Shown one piece after another: positions 12,560-26,009 of a stretch of DNA of 64,000 nucleotides. The position numbers and the translations under genes were made by a program. This DNA comes from Hemiscyllium ocellatum (taxonomy: Eukaryota): NCBI RefSeq assembly GCF_020745735.1, contig NC_083410.1, forward strand, positions 3,880,117 to 3,944,116, read 5' to 3'. Each line of letters begins with the position of its first letter. Position 1 is the first letter of the stretch. The notes under the pieces were generated by a model. That model was not told the DNA's origin. It made no database searches and saw only the letters and a program-made list of their open reading frames with translations.

Positions 12560-13810
12560 AAATAAAAAAAAACAGATATTTCATGCCAGTATTTAATATG
12601 GAAACTAGAGAATTTGGGTAAATTGCTAGTGATATCTCAAAAAGTGTCCAAACTACAGAAGAGGAGGTCTTGAATGTGTAAAATATTGGATAAGTCCCTT
12701 GAACCTGATCAGGTATATCCCAGAACTTTGTGGGAAGCAAAGGAAATGATTACTGGGCCCTTTGCTATGATATTTACATCATCAAGATCCACAGGTGAGG
12801 TGGTGGAAGACTAGAACTTGGCCAATGTAGTACCACTGTTTAAGAAAGGTGGTTAGGAAAAGCCAGGAAACCATAGACAGATGAGCCTTTAGTCGATGCT
12901 GGATAAGTTGCTGGAAGGGATGCTGAATGACAGGATAAATTAGGTATTTGGAAAAGCAAGGAATGATTAGGGATAGTCAACATGGCTTCGTAATTCACTA
13001 ACTTGATTGAGTTTTTTGAAAAAGTGTCAAAAAAGATCAATTAAGACAGAGTGTTAAACTCTGTCTATATGGACTTCAGCAAGGTGTTTGACAAAGTTTC
13101 CTGATGTGGACTGGTTAGCAAGATTAGATCACTTGGAATCTAGGGAGATATAGCTCATTGAACACAATTTTGGCTTAATGACAGTAGACAGAGGGTGATA
13201 GAGGAGATTTGTTCTTTGGATTGGAGGCCTGTGATCAATAGTGTGTTACAAGGATCAGTGGTGGGTCCACCGCTGGTGTATTGGGAATAGTTTGAGTCTC
13301 CTTATTTAAGAATCAATATCATTTCATCAAAGACAATTCAGATCCTTGGGTGAACCCTGATATGGAGGGATTGTCTTTTGAGCAAAGGCTGAACAGGTTG
13401 GGACTCTACTCACTGGAGTTTTGAAGAATTGGAGGTGATCTCATTCAAACATACAGGATTCTTAAGGGGCTTCACAGGATAAATACAGAGGATATTTCCC
13501 TTCATGGGAGAGTCTAGGAGCAAAGGGTATGATTTCAGTAAAAAGGGACACTAATTTAAAAGTGAAATAAGCAGGTTTTTCTTCTCTCAGAGGATTGAGA
13601 GTCTCTGGAACTCATTGTCATAGAAGTTGTGGAGACAGGAGTCTTTGCATATATTTAAAGCTGCGATAGACAGAGGGACTTGATTGGTTGGGGAATCAAG
13701 AGTAAGGGGGAAAGAGTAGCAAAAATGGACTTGAGAATGTGAGATTGGTTGTGATTCTAAAGAATGTTGGAACAGGTTTGAGGGGGGGCTGAATGGTCTA
13801 CTTCTATTTC
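12560..13810 (+). mobile_element. Degenerate CR1 LINE
   Basis: Recognisable KSxxPDQVYPR, [14 protein letters not shown] and VLQGSVVGP segments and a CR1 3' UTR, with stops and frameshifts. Confidence 0.75.
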
Positions 13811-13839
13811 TAGAGACTTATGGTGGTACAGTTGATGTG

Positions 13840-14190
13840 GAGGATATGGTCCCTGCAGGAGTTAGCTTTAATGTGGGGGTGGGATGTTAGTCCCTATGTG
13901 AGAGAGGGTTAAAGTGGGGGACATGATTCCTATAAAAATAGGGTCATTGTGGAGAATATGGTTTCTATAGCAGATAGGATTAATCTAGGGGACATGGTTC
14001 TTATGAGATAGGGTTAATGTGAGGAATATGGTTCTTCTACAAGATAGCGTTCATGTAGGGGATAAAGTTCCTATAGGAATAGGGTTAAAGTGGGCGTTAA
14101 AGTTCCTATAGGAATAAGGTAAGTGTGGGAAATATAGTTCCTATAGAAATAGGGTCAATGTGGAAGAAATGGTTCTTATAGTAGATAAAG
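13840..14190. repeat. Degenerate ~35-bp tandem repeat (~10 copies)
   Basis: Recurring GTTCCTATAGGAATAGGGTTAAAGTGGG-like unit. A short homologous remnant lies at ~61900..61985. Confidence 0.7.
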
Positions 14191-14469
14191 CTATTGTGGG
14201 GAATATGAATGGACAGAGTGTGGAGACAATCTTGCTGCTAGTACTGTGCCTGTAATGCTGAAACTACTCATTGCAGAGCTGAACCTCACCCCTCAGCAAC
14301 TCAGTCCCTTCCAGAGAGATGGAGAGAAACAGGAAACATGATATTTGTGATTGGAATGAGGTTGGACAGGTGAATCTCATCACATCTGAGTTCCCTGATT
14401 GGGGCTGTTAACCTGGGACAATCAGGAAACCCCTGGCAGACAGATATAACCAGGGGGTCAGAGGTCTTC

Positions 14470-17400
14470 TCAACTTCGGGGGTGGACTCTGTGCTGGCTG
14501 GTGCTACAGTCAGTATGTTTCTGTTGGTTTCTGCTTCATAAAGAAAAAGAAAAAGGAAAAGGAATCACCGGCCGGTCACAGCCTGAGCATGACCCTTGTC
14601 CTGGTTGTTATGTATGAGGAAAGGACAATGTGAATCCTGTGGTGGGGCGTAACCCTTGGACTCTAGATTTGTCATGTATGCATCCTCACTGTGTTTGGCG
14701 TTTGGACTTAGCCCTTGTGGAAGACATACATTTTACCAGAGGAGCTGTTCCTGTGGGGCGGTCTAGCCCTGGGACTGGGCCTCTGAAGACTGTACACCTG
14801 TGTGTGTGCTGGGAGATGAGCACTTGCTGTATCCTGGAGTTTGGGAGAAGACCTTTCCTTCAGGAGTGGACCAAAACCCCTGTGAGTTAAGTGCACTTTC
14901 AAAATGTACTGTGTTCCTGTGAGTGGGCCTGGCTCTCCAAGGATGTGCCAGGACTCCATGGAGACCGAACATCTGTAGGGTGTGCATTTGCTGCCTTGAG
15001 GAGTTGACTCTGCAGTTTGGAGTGGACTCCATTTTGGACAATGCACCTCATAAACCAGAGTGGACTCCATTCCTGGCAATGGACTCTATTTTGAAGACTC
15101 TATTTGGACTGTGTACCAGAAAGGACTCTGTTTTTTTGACAATTAACTGTATTGTGGTGTTTGTTGGGTCTAGCACCTGCACTGTCTTGTGTGTCCCTGG
15201 GTCTGGCAGGCCTTACTGTGAGCTGGGAGGCTCATAGGTCATCCTGATAGCTATCATCCCGAGAGGCGGAGGGTGGGTAGGCCATCCTGATGCTAGTCTG
15301 CCCAAGAGCCAGACAGTGGGTAGGTTATTCTGAGCGCTGTCGTCCTGAGAAGGGGTAATCAAGATGGGTTGTCGTAGAGGTGGTCGAAAGGTGTCAGAGC
15401 AGCCGAGAGCCAAAAGGCACATAGGGGCGGACTGAGATCTGGAAGGCTTGTGGGTTACCTTGCAATGCTGTCATCCCATGGAAGGGGACTGGCTGTCCGA
15501 GAGGTGACTGGAAGGTGTGCCAAGATAGCCCACTGGCCGGATGGTGCATCAGGGTGAGTGAGAGCCCAATGGTATGTAGGGGCAGACCGAGAGCCAAAAG
15601 GTGGGTAGCTGTCCTCAGCGCTGTCATCCTGGGCAGATATTGGGGTGGGCTGCCCCAGAGGTGGTCAAACGGTGTTGAGGGTGATTAGTGAAGCCGAAAG
15701 GTGGGTGGCCGCCCTGACCACTGTCAGTCTGGGTGGGTACCGGGGCGGGCTGTCTTAGAGGTGGTCAAAAGGTGTCAGGGCGGACCGAGAACTGGAAGGG
15801 GCATGGGGTGGACTGAGAGCCTGAAGGTACGTAGGGGCGGGCTGCCTTAGAGTGGTCGGAAGGTGGGAGGAATGGGGGCTTGCTGGGTCTGTATTGTCTG
15901 CACTGTTTATGGAACTGGATTGACATTTGTACATAAAGACATTGTCGCTCTCTTTTCATATGTGAAACTGGGATTTGAGGTTTGTCCTCATCTCTCTGTA
16001 AACTGGTTGAACAGTAGGGTTTAGGGCCTGGCTTTGCTGCTCCTCTCCCTTGTAAAATTGCTGTTTTATACAGCTGTAAATGTTAACTGTTTTTTGTAAA
16101 CTGATTTGTAATTGTTTAATAAAATTTAATTTAAAAAGAGATTCATCATCACCTCAGTTTAGGGGACTGACTCTGTGCTGGGTGATTACAATCAGTGTGT
16201 TACTGTTAGTTTTGAGGGAGAGGGAGGATATAGCTTGTTACTCTTTTCACTTTTTTTGAGAAAAGGACAATGTGGATTTTATGGTAGAGCTTCGCCCTTG
16301 GACTCTAGTTTTCTTTGCTTTCTGTATGTGCCTTCACTTTTTGGTGTTTGGACTGAGCCCTTGTGAAAGACCTACATTTTACCAGAAGAGCTGTTCCTGT
16401 AGGGAAGCCTAGCCCTGGGACTGGGCCTCTGAAGATTGAACACCTATGTGTGTGCTGGGAGGTGAGCACTTGCTGTATCCTGGCGTTTGGGAGAGGACCT
16501 AAACGCCTGAGAGTTAACTGCGCCTGTACAATGTACTGTGTTCCTGTGAGTGGCCCTGGCCCTCCAAGGATGCGCCAGGACTCCATGGAGACTGAACACC
16601 TGTGTGCTGTGGGGTTTGCATTGCTGCCTTTGGGAGTGGACTCTGCCCTTTGTTGTGGACCCTGTTTTTTAGCAGTGCACTCTGCAGTTTGGAATGGACT
16701 CCACTTCTGACAATGCACTTTGTATACTGGAGTAGACTGTGTTCCTGGGAATGGACTCTACTTATTGAGAAGACTGTCTATGCTAATGAACTGTATCAGA
16801 AAGGACTGTTTGTTGGTATTTAACTCTGTCATGTGGTTTGGGGTTATCACCTGCACTGTCTTGTGTCCCTGAGTCTAGCAGGCCTTACTGTGAGCTGGGA
16901 GGCTCATAGGTCATCCTGAGGGCCAGAAGGTGGATCGTCTGTTCTGAGTGCTGTCTGCATGAGAAGGGGTGATCGGGACGGGTTGTCCTAAGGTGTCAGG
17001 GTAGACCATGGGCCAGATGGCGCATCGGGGTGGGTGAGAGCACAGTGGTATGCAGGGCAGACCAAGAGCTGGAAGGCAGATAAGCCATCCTCGGTGCTCT
17101 CCACCTGGGTGGGTACTGAGGTGGGCTGTCCGAGAGGTGGTTCGCAAGTCAGGGTGGACTGAGAACTGGAAAGGGCATGGAGTGGACAGAGCCAGAAGGT
17201 GCATAGGGGTGGGCTGCCTTAGAGTGACCGGAGGGTTGGTGGGTTTCTGGGGATCTGTATTGTATGTACTTGTGTAATTGGACTGTCTTTTATGTACCAA
17301 TGTCATTGTTACTATTTGTAATGATTGAAACTGGGATTCGAGGTTTGTCCTCATTTCCCTGAAAACTGGTTGAATGTCATGTTTGGGGCTTGGCTGAGCC

Positions 17401-17490
17401 ATTCCTCTCTTGTAAAATTGCTGCTTTTCTGTATACAGCTGTAAATGTTAATTATTTTGTAAGCTATTATATTTAAACAATTCAAATAGG
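14470..17490 (+). repeat. Two tandem copies (~14470..16140 and ~16140..17490) of an unclassified ~1.4-1.7-kb repeat, possibly an L1/Tx1 3' UTR
   Basis: Shared blocks AAAGGACAATGTG, CCCTTGGACTCTAG, CTAGCCCTGGGACTGGGCCTCTGAAGA and GGCCTTACTGTGAGCTGGGAGGCTCATAGGTCATCCTGA. Each copy ends in an AT-rich tail; the first has AATAAA. No convincing protein. Confidence 0.6.
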
Positions 17491-17579
17491 AATATTAGGT
17501 GTTCCAGTCACTCTAGAGGAGCTAGCTCTGAGCTAAGTGTCTATGTCGCTTATTATAAATGTGTAAACAAAGCCTCCAC

Positions 17580-19790
17580 CATTTCCTGTCTTCATTCCAT
17601 ACATGTACAACCCTCTGTGTGAAAAGGCCACCCCTTAGGTCTCTTTTATATCTTTCCCCTCTCACACTAAACCTATGCCCTCTAGTTCTGGACTCCCCCA
17701 CCCCAGGGAAATGACTTTGCCTATTTACCTATCCATGCCCCTCATAATTTTATAAACCTCTAAGGTCATCCCTCAGCTTCTGATGATCCAGGGAAAACAG
17801 CCCCAGCCTGTTCAGCCTCTCCCTGTAGCTCAAATCTTCCAATACTGGCAACATCCTTGTAAATCTTTTCTGAATCCTTTCAAGTTTTACAACAGCTTTT
17901 CTGATAGGAAGGAATCCAGAATTGCACGCAACTGTACTCCATACTCTGATAAAGGAAAGCATACCAAACACCACCTTCACTATCCTATTTACCTGCAACT
18001 CTACTTTCAAGGAGCTATGAATCTGCACTCCAAGGTCTCTTTGTTCAGCAACACTCTCCGGGACCTTACCATTAAGTGTATAAGTCCTGCCCTGATTTGC
18101 TTTCCCAAAATGGAGTACCTTGCATTTATCTGAATTAAACTCTATCTGCCACTTAGCCCATTGGCCCATCTAATCAAGTTCCTGTTGTATTCTGAGATAA
18201 CCCTCTTTACTGTCCACTACACCTCCAATTTTGGTGTCACCTGCAAAATTAATAACTATACCTCTATGGTCACATCCAAATTACTTATATAATTCAAAGT
18301 AGCAGACCCAGCACTGATCCTTGTGGTACTCCGCTGGTCACAGGCCTCTAGTCTGAAAAACAACCCTCCACCATTCTGTCTTCTAGCTTTGAGCCAATTC
18401 TGTATCCAAATGGCTAGTTCTCCCTGTATTCTGAGATCTAACCTTGCTAATCAGTCTGGGGAACCTTGTCAAATGCCTTATTGAAGTCCATATAGAGCGC
18501 ATCTACTGCTCTGCCCTCATCAATCCTCTTTGTCTCTCAAACTTGATTGAGTGTTTTTCTTAAGAAACATGATTTCCCCCGCACAAAGCCATATTGACTA
18601 TCCCTAAGTCCTTGACTTTCCAAATAAATGTACATCCTGCCTCTCAGGATTCTCTCCAACTTGCCCACCACCAATGTCAGCCTCACTGGTCTATAGTTCT
18701 CTGGCTTGTCCTTACCACCCTTCTTAAACAATGGCACCACATTAGCCAACCTCCAATCTTTTGGTACGTCAGCTGTGACTATTGATGATACAAAAATCTC
18801 AGCAAGAGGCCCAGCAATCACTTCCTTACCTTCCCAGAGTTTTAGGGTACACCTGATCAGATCGTGGGATTTATCCACCTTTGTGTTTCAAGTCATCCAG
18901 CACTTCCTTCTCTGTAACATGGACATTTTTCTAGATGTCACCATGTGTTTCCATACAGTTTATATCTTCCATGTCCTTTTCCACAGTAAATGCTGATGCA
19001 AAATACTCGTTTAGTATATGATTAGATTTACAGTATGGAAACAGGCCCTTCGGCCCAACAAGTCCACACCGACCCGCCGAAGCGCAACCCACCCATACCC
19101 CTACATTTACCCCTTACCTAACACTACGGGCAATTTAGCTTGGCCAATTCACCTGACCCGCACATCTTTGGACTGTGGGAGGAAACCGGAGCACCCGGAG
19201 GAAACCCACGCAGACACGGGGAGAACGTGCAAACTCCACACAGTCAGTCGCCTGAGTCGGGAATTGAACCCGGGTCTACAGGCGCTGTGAGGCAGCAGTG
19301 CTAACCACTGTGCCACCGTGCCGCCCATCTTCCCCATCTCCTGCTGCTCCACACGAAGGCTGCCTTGCTGATCTTTGAGGGGCCCTATTCTCTCCCTAGT
19401 TACCCTTTTGTTCTTAATGTATTTGTACAATTCCTTTGAATTCTCCTTAATTCTATTTGCCAAAGCTATTTCATGTCCCACTTTTGCCCTCCTGATTTCC
19501 CTCTGAAGTATACTCTTACTGCCTTTATAATCTAAGGATTTACTCTATCTATTCTGTCTATACCTTACTTAGCTTCCTTTTTCATAACCAAATCCTCAAT
19601 TTCTCTAGTTATCCAGAATTCCCTATGCCTACTTTATCTGGATTCTCATTATTTCATTTCCGAAGGCTTCCCATTTTCCAGCTGTCTCTTTACTTGTGAA
19701 CATCTGCCCCCAATCAGCTTTTGAAAGTTCTTGCCTCATACTGTCAAAATTGGCCTGCCTGCAATTTAGAACTTCAACTTTTATATCTTC
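17580..19790 (-). mobile_element. CR1 LINE inserted in the Gypsy 5' LTR, carrying a nested SINE
   Basis: ORFs 17750..18169 and 18537..18878 give [39 protein letters not shown] and SQYGFVRGKSC. Confidence 0.85.
19020..19325 (-). mobile_element. Young full-length HE1/V-SINE-type SINE
   Basis: CpG-rich, with intact A box (GGTGGCACAGTGG) and B box (GGGTTCAATTCCC) on the minus strand and an AATCT tail. It interrupts a CR1 frame (ORF 19149..19481 is a chimera). Confidence 0.9.
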
Positions 19791-22700
19791 AACTTGGTGA
19801 AGGATACCAGGCTTCAAGGAATTATTTCAGTGGCAGTAAGAGAAAAGCAAGCTCCTGAAGAAATTCACTCAATAGTATTTTTGAGTTGGGGTAGTATTTC
19901 TAGCATCATGCTGCTATTTGAGAAGCATGACTCAATCTTGCTGTCAAAAACAGAGCCCAGCATGAGGCAAGAATGTTATATTTTCCAGGCAAATGATATT
20001 AGGGCAAATGAAAAGCAACAAGTAATTCTCCTGATAGCATGTGGACTCACAGCATTTTTGGTTGTAGGGAGCATAGCTTTCCCCAAGGCGTCAGATACAA
20101 AAATCTTTCCAGTGTTGATGGGTTTATCTCAGGAATATTATGAACCAAATCTTCCTCTATTGGTTTTACCCAACAGTTAAAGAACCAGGAAAATCTATAT
20201 AGGGATTTTTGATGAGGTTAAAATGAATGGCAGAGGTATGTGACTGGAGTGAGAATTTGGTATCTGTGATTAATGATGTAACCACACAAAAGCACCAACA
20301 AGCTGAATCCCAGCTGGATTTCAAACAGGCATTACAATATGCTTCATGGTTGGAAAATGCAGCAAGTGGAGCAGGAGTTGTCTGGTACACCAGTGGAAGT
20401 AGACACCTTTGCCAGTCTGCCTGAGCTTGGAGAAAACCAATTCAGTGAGGGCAATTGCACAGCCTTACTCAGAAGATATCCTCAACAGAGGGACTCTAGG
20501 TCAGCCACAGCAAAACCCCCAAATCAAAGCCTAGTCTTGGTCAAATGGTTAAAATTTTCTCAACAATCTGGGCTGGTAATTCATTGTAGTTGTTGCTGGT
20601 ATGCAGACTCGAGGCAGCAAACATGACCCACTCGACCTGAATTGCGTAAAAGAATGCATCTGCCAGTATCCTGGAAAGTCCACCCACATCTGTTTGGAAC
20701 AGTTGTATTGTTTAGCAATGTTTAAATTAGGACCAGTCTGGTTAAATGGTCACCAAGTGCGAATGGAGATTGATGCCAGTGCAGTTAGATCAGGGGTTGT
20801 GGAATCAGTCTTTACCAAAATTCATTCCTACTCAAGTTTGCACAAAGGTTCTCAGCCAGGCTCAGAACCTATCCCAGGGAACCTTTACAGATCAAAGGTA
20901 CAACTTCAGTTCCGGTCTCTTATGAGAAGCAGCTGGTTCAGTTCTCCCATTGTAGTGAAAAGTTTGGGCCCAAACTTGATGGGGTGAAATTGGTTTAGAA
21001 AGATTTAACTTGATTTGTTCAATATTTTTTGATTAGGAAATGGCTGCCTGAGAGAAGTCAGATGTTTTTCAGTGAGGTTTAAGTGACTCTCAAACGAGCC
21101 AATGTCACTTTGCATGTTGACTGAGAAGCAATTCCATGATCCTACAAGGCCCACCTAATGCCATTTGCTGAATGTGCAGAAGTGGAGGCTGGAAAATGAA
21201 GGAATCATCAAACCAGTCCAGTTTATGGAATGGATGGCATCGGTCGTACTGATCGTGAAGGCTGACGAGTCAGTTCACCTTTGTAAGGATTTCAGCCAAA
21301 CAGTGAACTGTTTTCACAGCTGGATAAATAACTGATTCCTTGCTCAGAGACTTATACACAACCCTGGTGGGGGAGCTGTCCTTCACGAAGCTACACATGA
21401 GCTATATGTACATGCAATTGCAATTAGATGAGGATTCCCAGAGATATGCTACAATTAACACCCATAAGGGTTTGTACCAACAAACAAGACTGCTTTCTGG
21501 GGTATCATCAGCTTGTGTCATTTCACAGCGACCGATGGAGAACATTCCACAAGGTCTACCCCAGAACGCCATTTAACTGGATGGCATGCCAATAACAGGC
21601 AAGACCAGTAAAGAGCAGTTGGAGAACTTGGAGATAATGCTTAAATATTTCTCCATAGCTGGAAAAATGTGTTCTAGACAGCTGAAGTGATATAGCCCGT
21701 GCTGCCTATAGCTTCAGGTCGAGTTCAGGGGTAGGCCTTTATTCTCTGTTCATGCACTTACAAGTTGGAACACCCTCCAGGAGGCAGCACACCAAATGAG
21801 GCTACCTCGAATCACCTCCCACTGGCAGATACAACACCAGTGATGCCAGCACTAGACTCCATTCTAGTTTTAAACTTACTGGACATGAATCATGTCACCC
21901 CTGACAATATCAGACCGTGGGCACAACTGGATCCTGTCCTCGCAAAAGTAAAACATCTGGGGAAACAGAGGGGCCATCGCAACCAGAATTGAAACCTTTC
22001 TGGACCCAGTGAGACCAAATGCCTGAAGATACCTGGGGAGCGAGACTGATTATCCCGAGCAAGTCATTGTCAGATACTGGGTCTAAGGATTTAGGAAATG
22101 AAAATGTTGGCAAGATGCTACAGCTGGCCAGAATTGGATGCCAACATATCCATGTTGATAAGACAGTGTCTAAAATGCCAACATGGTCAAAATGCACTGC
22201 CAGCAGCTCCCTCACATTCATGGGGCTGGCAGGGTAAACCCTGAACACGGTTACAAATTGACTGTGCCAGTCCTTTCACGGGCTCTGTGTTTTGAGTCAT
22301 TGAATGGGCATCCACAAAGTGATTGGATGTGCACAGAGTTTACTTGTCAAAACGGGAACAACAATTGAAAAGTTGCCAGTTTCTTGTGTAATACAGGCAA
22401 TGGGCCATCATTTCACAGCAGGGAATTTGAATATTGCTCATGGCATTTGGCATACAAGGACAGCTCCATACCATCCATCCAATGGTCTGGCGGAAAGAGC
22501 AGCCCCAACATTGAAGGCAGCCTTAAAGAAACAGCTTAAAACTTCACTCAATACCAAACTGTCCCAGTTCCTGTTGGAGTATTGGACCAATGCTCACATA
22601 ACTATAGGGACAGCTCCAGCAGAGTTTCCAGTGGGGAAAAGACTCCTGAGAAGGAAGGAATGTCAATACTGGACACAAGTTTCTTCCACGTGAGAGAGAC

Positions 22701-23058
22701 AGTTTACTTCATGTGACAATATTTGGTGCTGAAACCACAAGTGGCCCTGCATGGGTAAGCCACCAGGTTGACACGAGGTCAGAAGCCATGACATACAACG
22801 TTCGGGTAAGTGAGGTGGTCTTAAACAAACGTGGACCACATGAAAGCTGCAACCTCACAAACAGGACAGCAGTAAAAAAATACCCAGCCTCTCAGAAGAT
22901 CCGGTACAGTTGTCAGAATCAGTGGCTTCTTACTCTGCACCTAATGTTGAAGAAATTTCTGACGGTGAGTGGATGGGGCAGATGCCACTGCCTCAATGCT
23001 GTTACACCTGAAGATGAGTTTCGGCTGAGATGTTCCAAACAAGGGTAGTGGGCTATGA

Positions 23059-25107
23059 GCTGAAAATGTGTTGCTGGTTAAAGCATAGCAGGTCAGGCAG
23101 CATCTAAGGAACAGGACATTCGACGTTTCGGGCCAGAGCCCTTCATCGGGAATGAGGAGAGGGTGCCAGGCAGGCTAAGATAAAAGGTAGGGAGGAGGGA
23201 CTTGGGGGAAGGGCGATGGAGATGTGATAGGTGGAAGGAGGTCAAGGTGAGGGTGATAGGCCGGAGTGGGGTGGGGGCGGAGAGGTCAGGAAGAGGATTG
23301 CAGGTTAGGAGGGCGGTGCTGAGTTCAAGCGATTCGACTGAGACAAGGTGGGGGGAGGGGAAATGAGGAAACTGGAGAAATCTGAGTTCATCCCTTGTGG
23401 TTGGAGGGTTCCCAGGCGGAAGATGAGGCGCTCTTCCTCCAACCGTCGTGTTGTTATGTTCTGGCGATGGAGGAGTCCAAGGACCTGCATGTCTTCGGTG
23501 GAGTGGGAGGGGGAGTTAAAGTGTTGAGCCACGGGGTGGTTGGGCTGGTTGGTCCGGGCATCCCAGAGGTGTTCCCTGAAGCGTTCCGCAAGTAGGCAGC
23601 CCGTCTCCCCAATATAGAGGAGGCCACATCGGGTGCAGCGGATGCAATAGATGATGTGTGTGGAGGTGCAGGTGAATTTGTGGCGGATATGGAAGGATCC
23701 CTTGGGGCCTTGGAGGGAAGTGAGGGAGGAGGTGTGGGCGCAAGTTTTGCATTTCCTGTGGTTGCAGGGGAAGGTGCCGGGAGTGGAGATTGGGTTGGTG
23801 GGGGGTGTGGACCTGACGAGGGAGTCACGAAGGGAGTGCTCTTTGCGGAACGCTGATAGGGGAGGGGAGGGAAATATATCCCTGGTGGTGGGGTCCGTTT
23901 GGAGTTGGAGGAAATGACTGATGATACTCTATACGGAGGTTGGTGGGGTGGTAAGTGAGAACCAGTGGGGTTCTGTCTTGGTGGCGGTTGGAGGGGCGGG
24001 GCTCAAGGGCGGAGGAGCGGGAAGTGGAGGAGATGCGGTGGAGGGCATCGTCGATCACGTCTGGGGGGAATCTGCGGTCCTTGAAGAAGGAGGCCATCTG
24101 GGCTGTACGGTATTGGAACTGGTCCTCCTGAGAGCAGATGCGGCGGAGAAGAAGGAATTGGGAATATGGGATGGCCACCCCACCAACCTTCGTATACAGC
24201 GTATCATCCGCCGTCATTTCCGCCAACTCCAAATGGACTCCACCACCAGGGATATATTTCCCTCCCCTCCCCTATCAGCGTTCCGAAAAAACCACTCCCT
24301 CCGTGACTCCCTCGTCAGGTCCACACCCCCCACCAACCCAACCTCCACTTCCGGCACCTTCCCCTGCAACCGCAGGATCTGCAAAACTTGCGCCCACACC
24401 TCCTCCCTTACTTCTCTCCAAGGCCCCAAGGGATCCTTCCATATCCGCCATAAATTCACCTGCACCTCCACACACATTATCTATTGCATCCGCTGCACCC
24501 GATGTGGCCTCCTCTATATTGGGGAGATGGGCTGCCTACTTGCAGAACGCTTCAGGGAACACCTCTGGGACGTCCGCACCAACCAACCCAACCACCCCGT
24601 GGCTCAACACTTTAACTCTCCCTCCCACTCCACCGAAGACATGCAGGTCCTTGGACTCCTCCATCGCCAGAACATAACAACACGACGGTTGGAGGAAGAG
24701 CGCCTCATCTTCCGCCTGGAAACCCTCCAACCACAAGGGATGAACTCAGATTTCTCCAGTTTCCTCATTTCCCCTCCCCCCACCTTGTCTCAGTCGATTC
24801 CCTTGAACTCAGCACCGCCCTCCTAACCTGCAATCCTCTTCCTGACCTCTCCGCCCCCACCTCACTCCGGCCTATCACCCTCACCTTGACCTCCTTCCAC
24901 CTATCACATCTCCATCGCCCTTCCCCCAAGTCCCTCCTCCCTACCTTTTATCTTAGCCTGCCTGGCACCCTCTCCTCATTCCTGATGAAGGGCTCTGGCC
25001 TGAAACGTCGAATTTCCTGTTCCTTGGATGCTGCCTGACCTGCTGTGCTTTAACCAGCAACACATTTTCAGCTCTGATCTCCAGTATCTGCAGACCTCAC
25101 TTTTTAC
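23059..25107. mobile_element. Penelope-like element with inverted (tail-out) structure and 13-bp TSD
   Basis: The minus arm (~24170 down to 23059) holds the RT C-terminus, GIY-YIG domain and pLTR. The plus arm (~24174..25107) has HPTNLRIQ..IIYCIRC..LLYIGE..RFREH and a pLTR. TAGTGGGCTATGA occurs at 23046..23058 and 25108..25120. Confidence 0.85.
24978..25013 (+). ncRNA. Minimal hammerhead ribozyme motif (mirror copy at ~23118..23153, minus strand, has core mutated to CCGATGA)
   Basis: ATTC-CTGATGA-A-GGGC-TCTG-GCCT-GAAA-C-GTC-GAAT. Confidence 0.7.
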
Positions 25108-25299
25108 TAGTGGGCTATGATCCAGTGCACACCTCCACTGTCTGAGGCAGAGAGAGAAACCAGACCTGGTGTGAAAATACTCCTGGAGAAGGTATAGGAA
25201 TAAGAAAGCACCTACATCCCAGGACTTGGCAGGACAGGGATGTCAGGATTGGAATGAGATTAGCCAGGTGAACCTCATAGGATATGAGTTTCCTGATTG

Positions 25300-26009
25300 T
25301 GTTATGACACAGGGTAAACACTTCTTTGAACCAGACCCACAGAAACGCTCACTTCTCCTTTGTAATCTGTGAAAGTATGAGTTAGAAAGAATTGTCCCAA
25401 ATATCACTACTTGAAAGAAGCTCATCAATTTTATTTTTTACACCCAAAAGAGAACATTAAACAACTGTTTACAACTCACTTCCTCTTAAACCTATTTTTA
25501 TCTCGCACTCTACAATACTGTTCCAATAAAAATCCCAATTAACATTTCCAAAAAAATCACATTTCAAATCAGCCAGCTGTGTCAGTTCTCCTTTGCAAAT
25601 TTTCCTCTAGATTTTCCTGGGTCATCTTTTCTTCGGTCTTCTGCTGCACAAATTTTTTTCTGGACAGGTACCTTTCAGAGCATTTCTGTTGGCAGTCTGC
25701 TTGGCTGCTCTTTGCTTTTCTCCCCAGGTGCTCAAAACCCCCAATTTAAATACCTCTAAACATCAGACCGGCTCATTGTTTAGTGCCATCCATAACAGTA
25801 AACTTCAAATTCAATTGGATTTTGGTATCTGGGACATAATTTAAACTAATCCGCCAAATTTGAATTTGTTGTGTACTATGGCAACGCAGCTCCAGCTATT
25901 TGTTTCACAACCAAATGTTACATTTTTGAATTTTTCAGCACACTCTATGCCAGCCAAAATTTTCAGCTCCCTTAAAGTTACAGTACATGTCTAGAACTTC
26001 ATAATAACA
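25300..26009. mobile_element. Probable solo LTR inserted in the Gypsy 3' LTR
   Basis: Begins TGTTATG and ends CATAATAACA. The host LTR rejoins across it (CCTGATTG | GCAGCTGTTAAC, compare CCTGATTGGGGCTGTTAAC at ~14395). No TSD visible. Confidence 0.55.

Noticed and set aside
23921-24826. 301-aa ORF as a host gene
   Set aside because: It is a chimera of antisense Penelope RT sequence and the sense GIY-YIG arm across the inversion junction.
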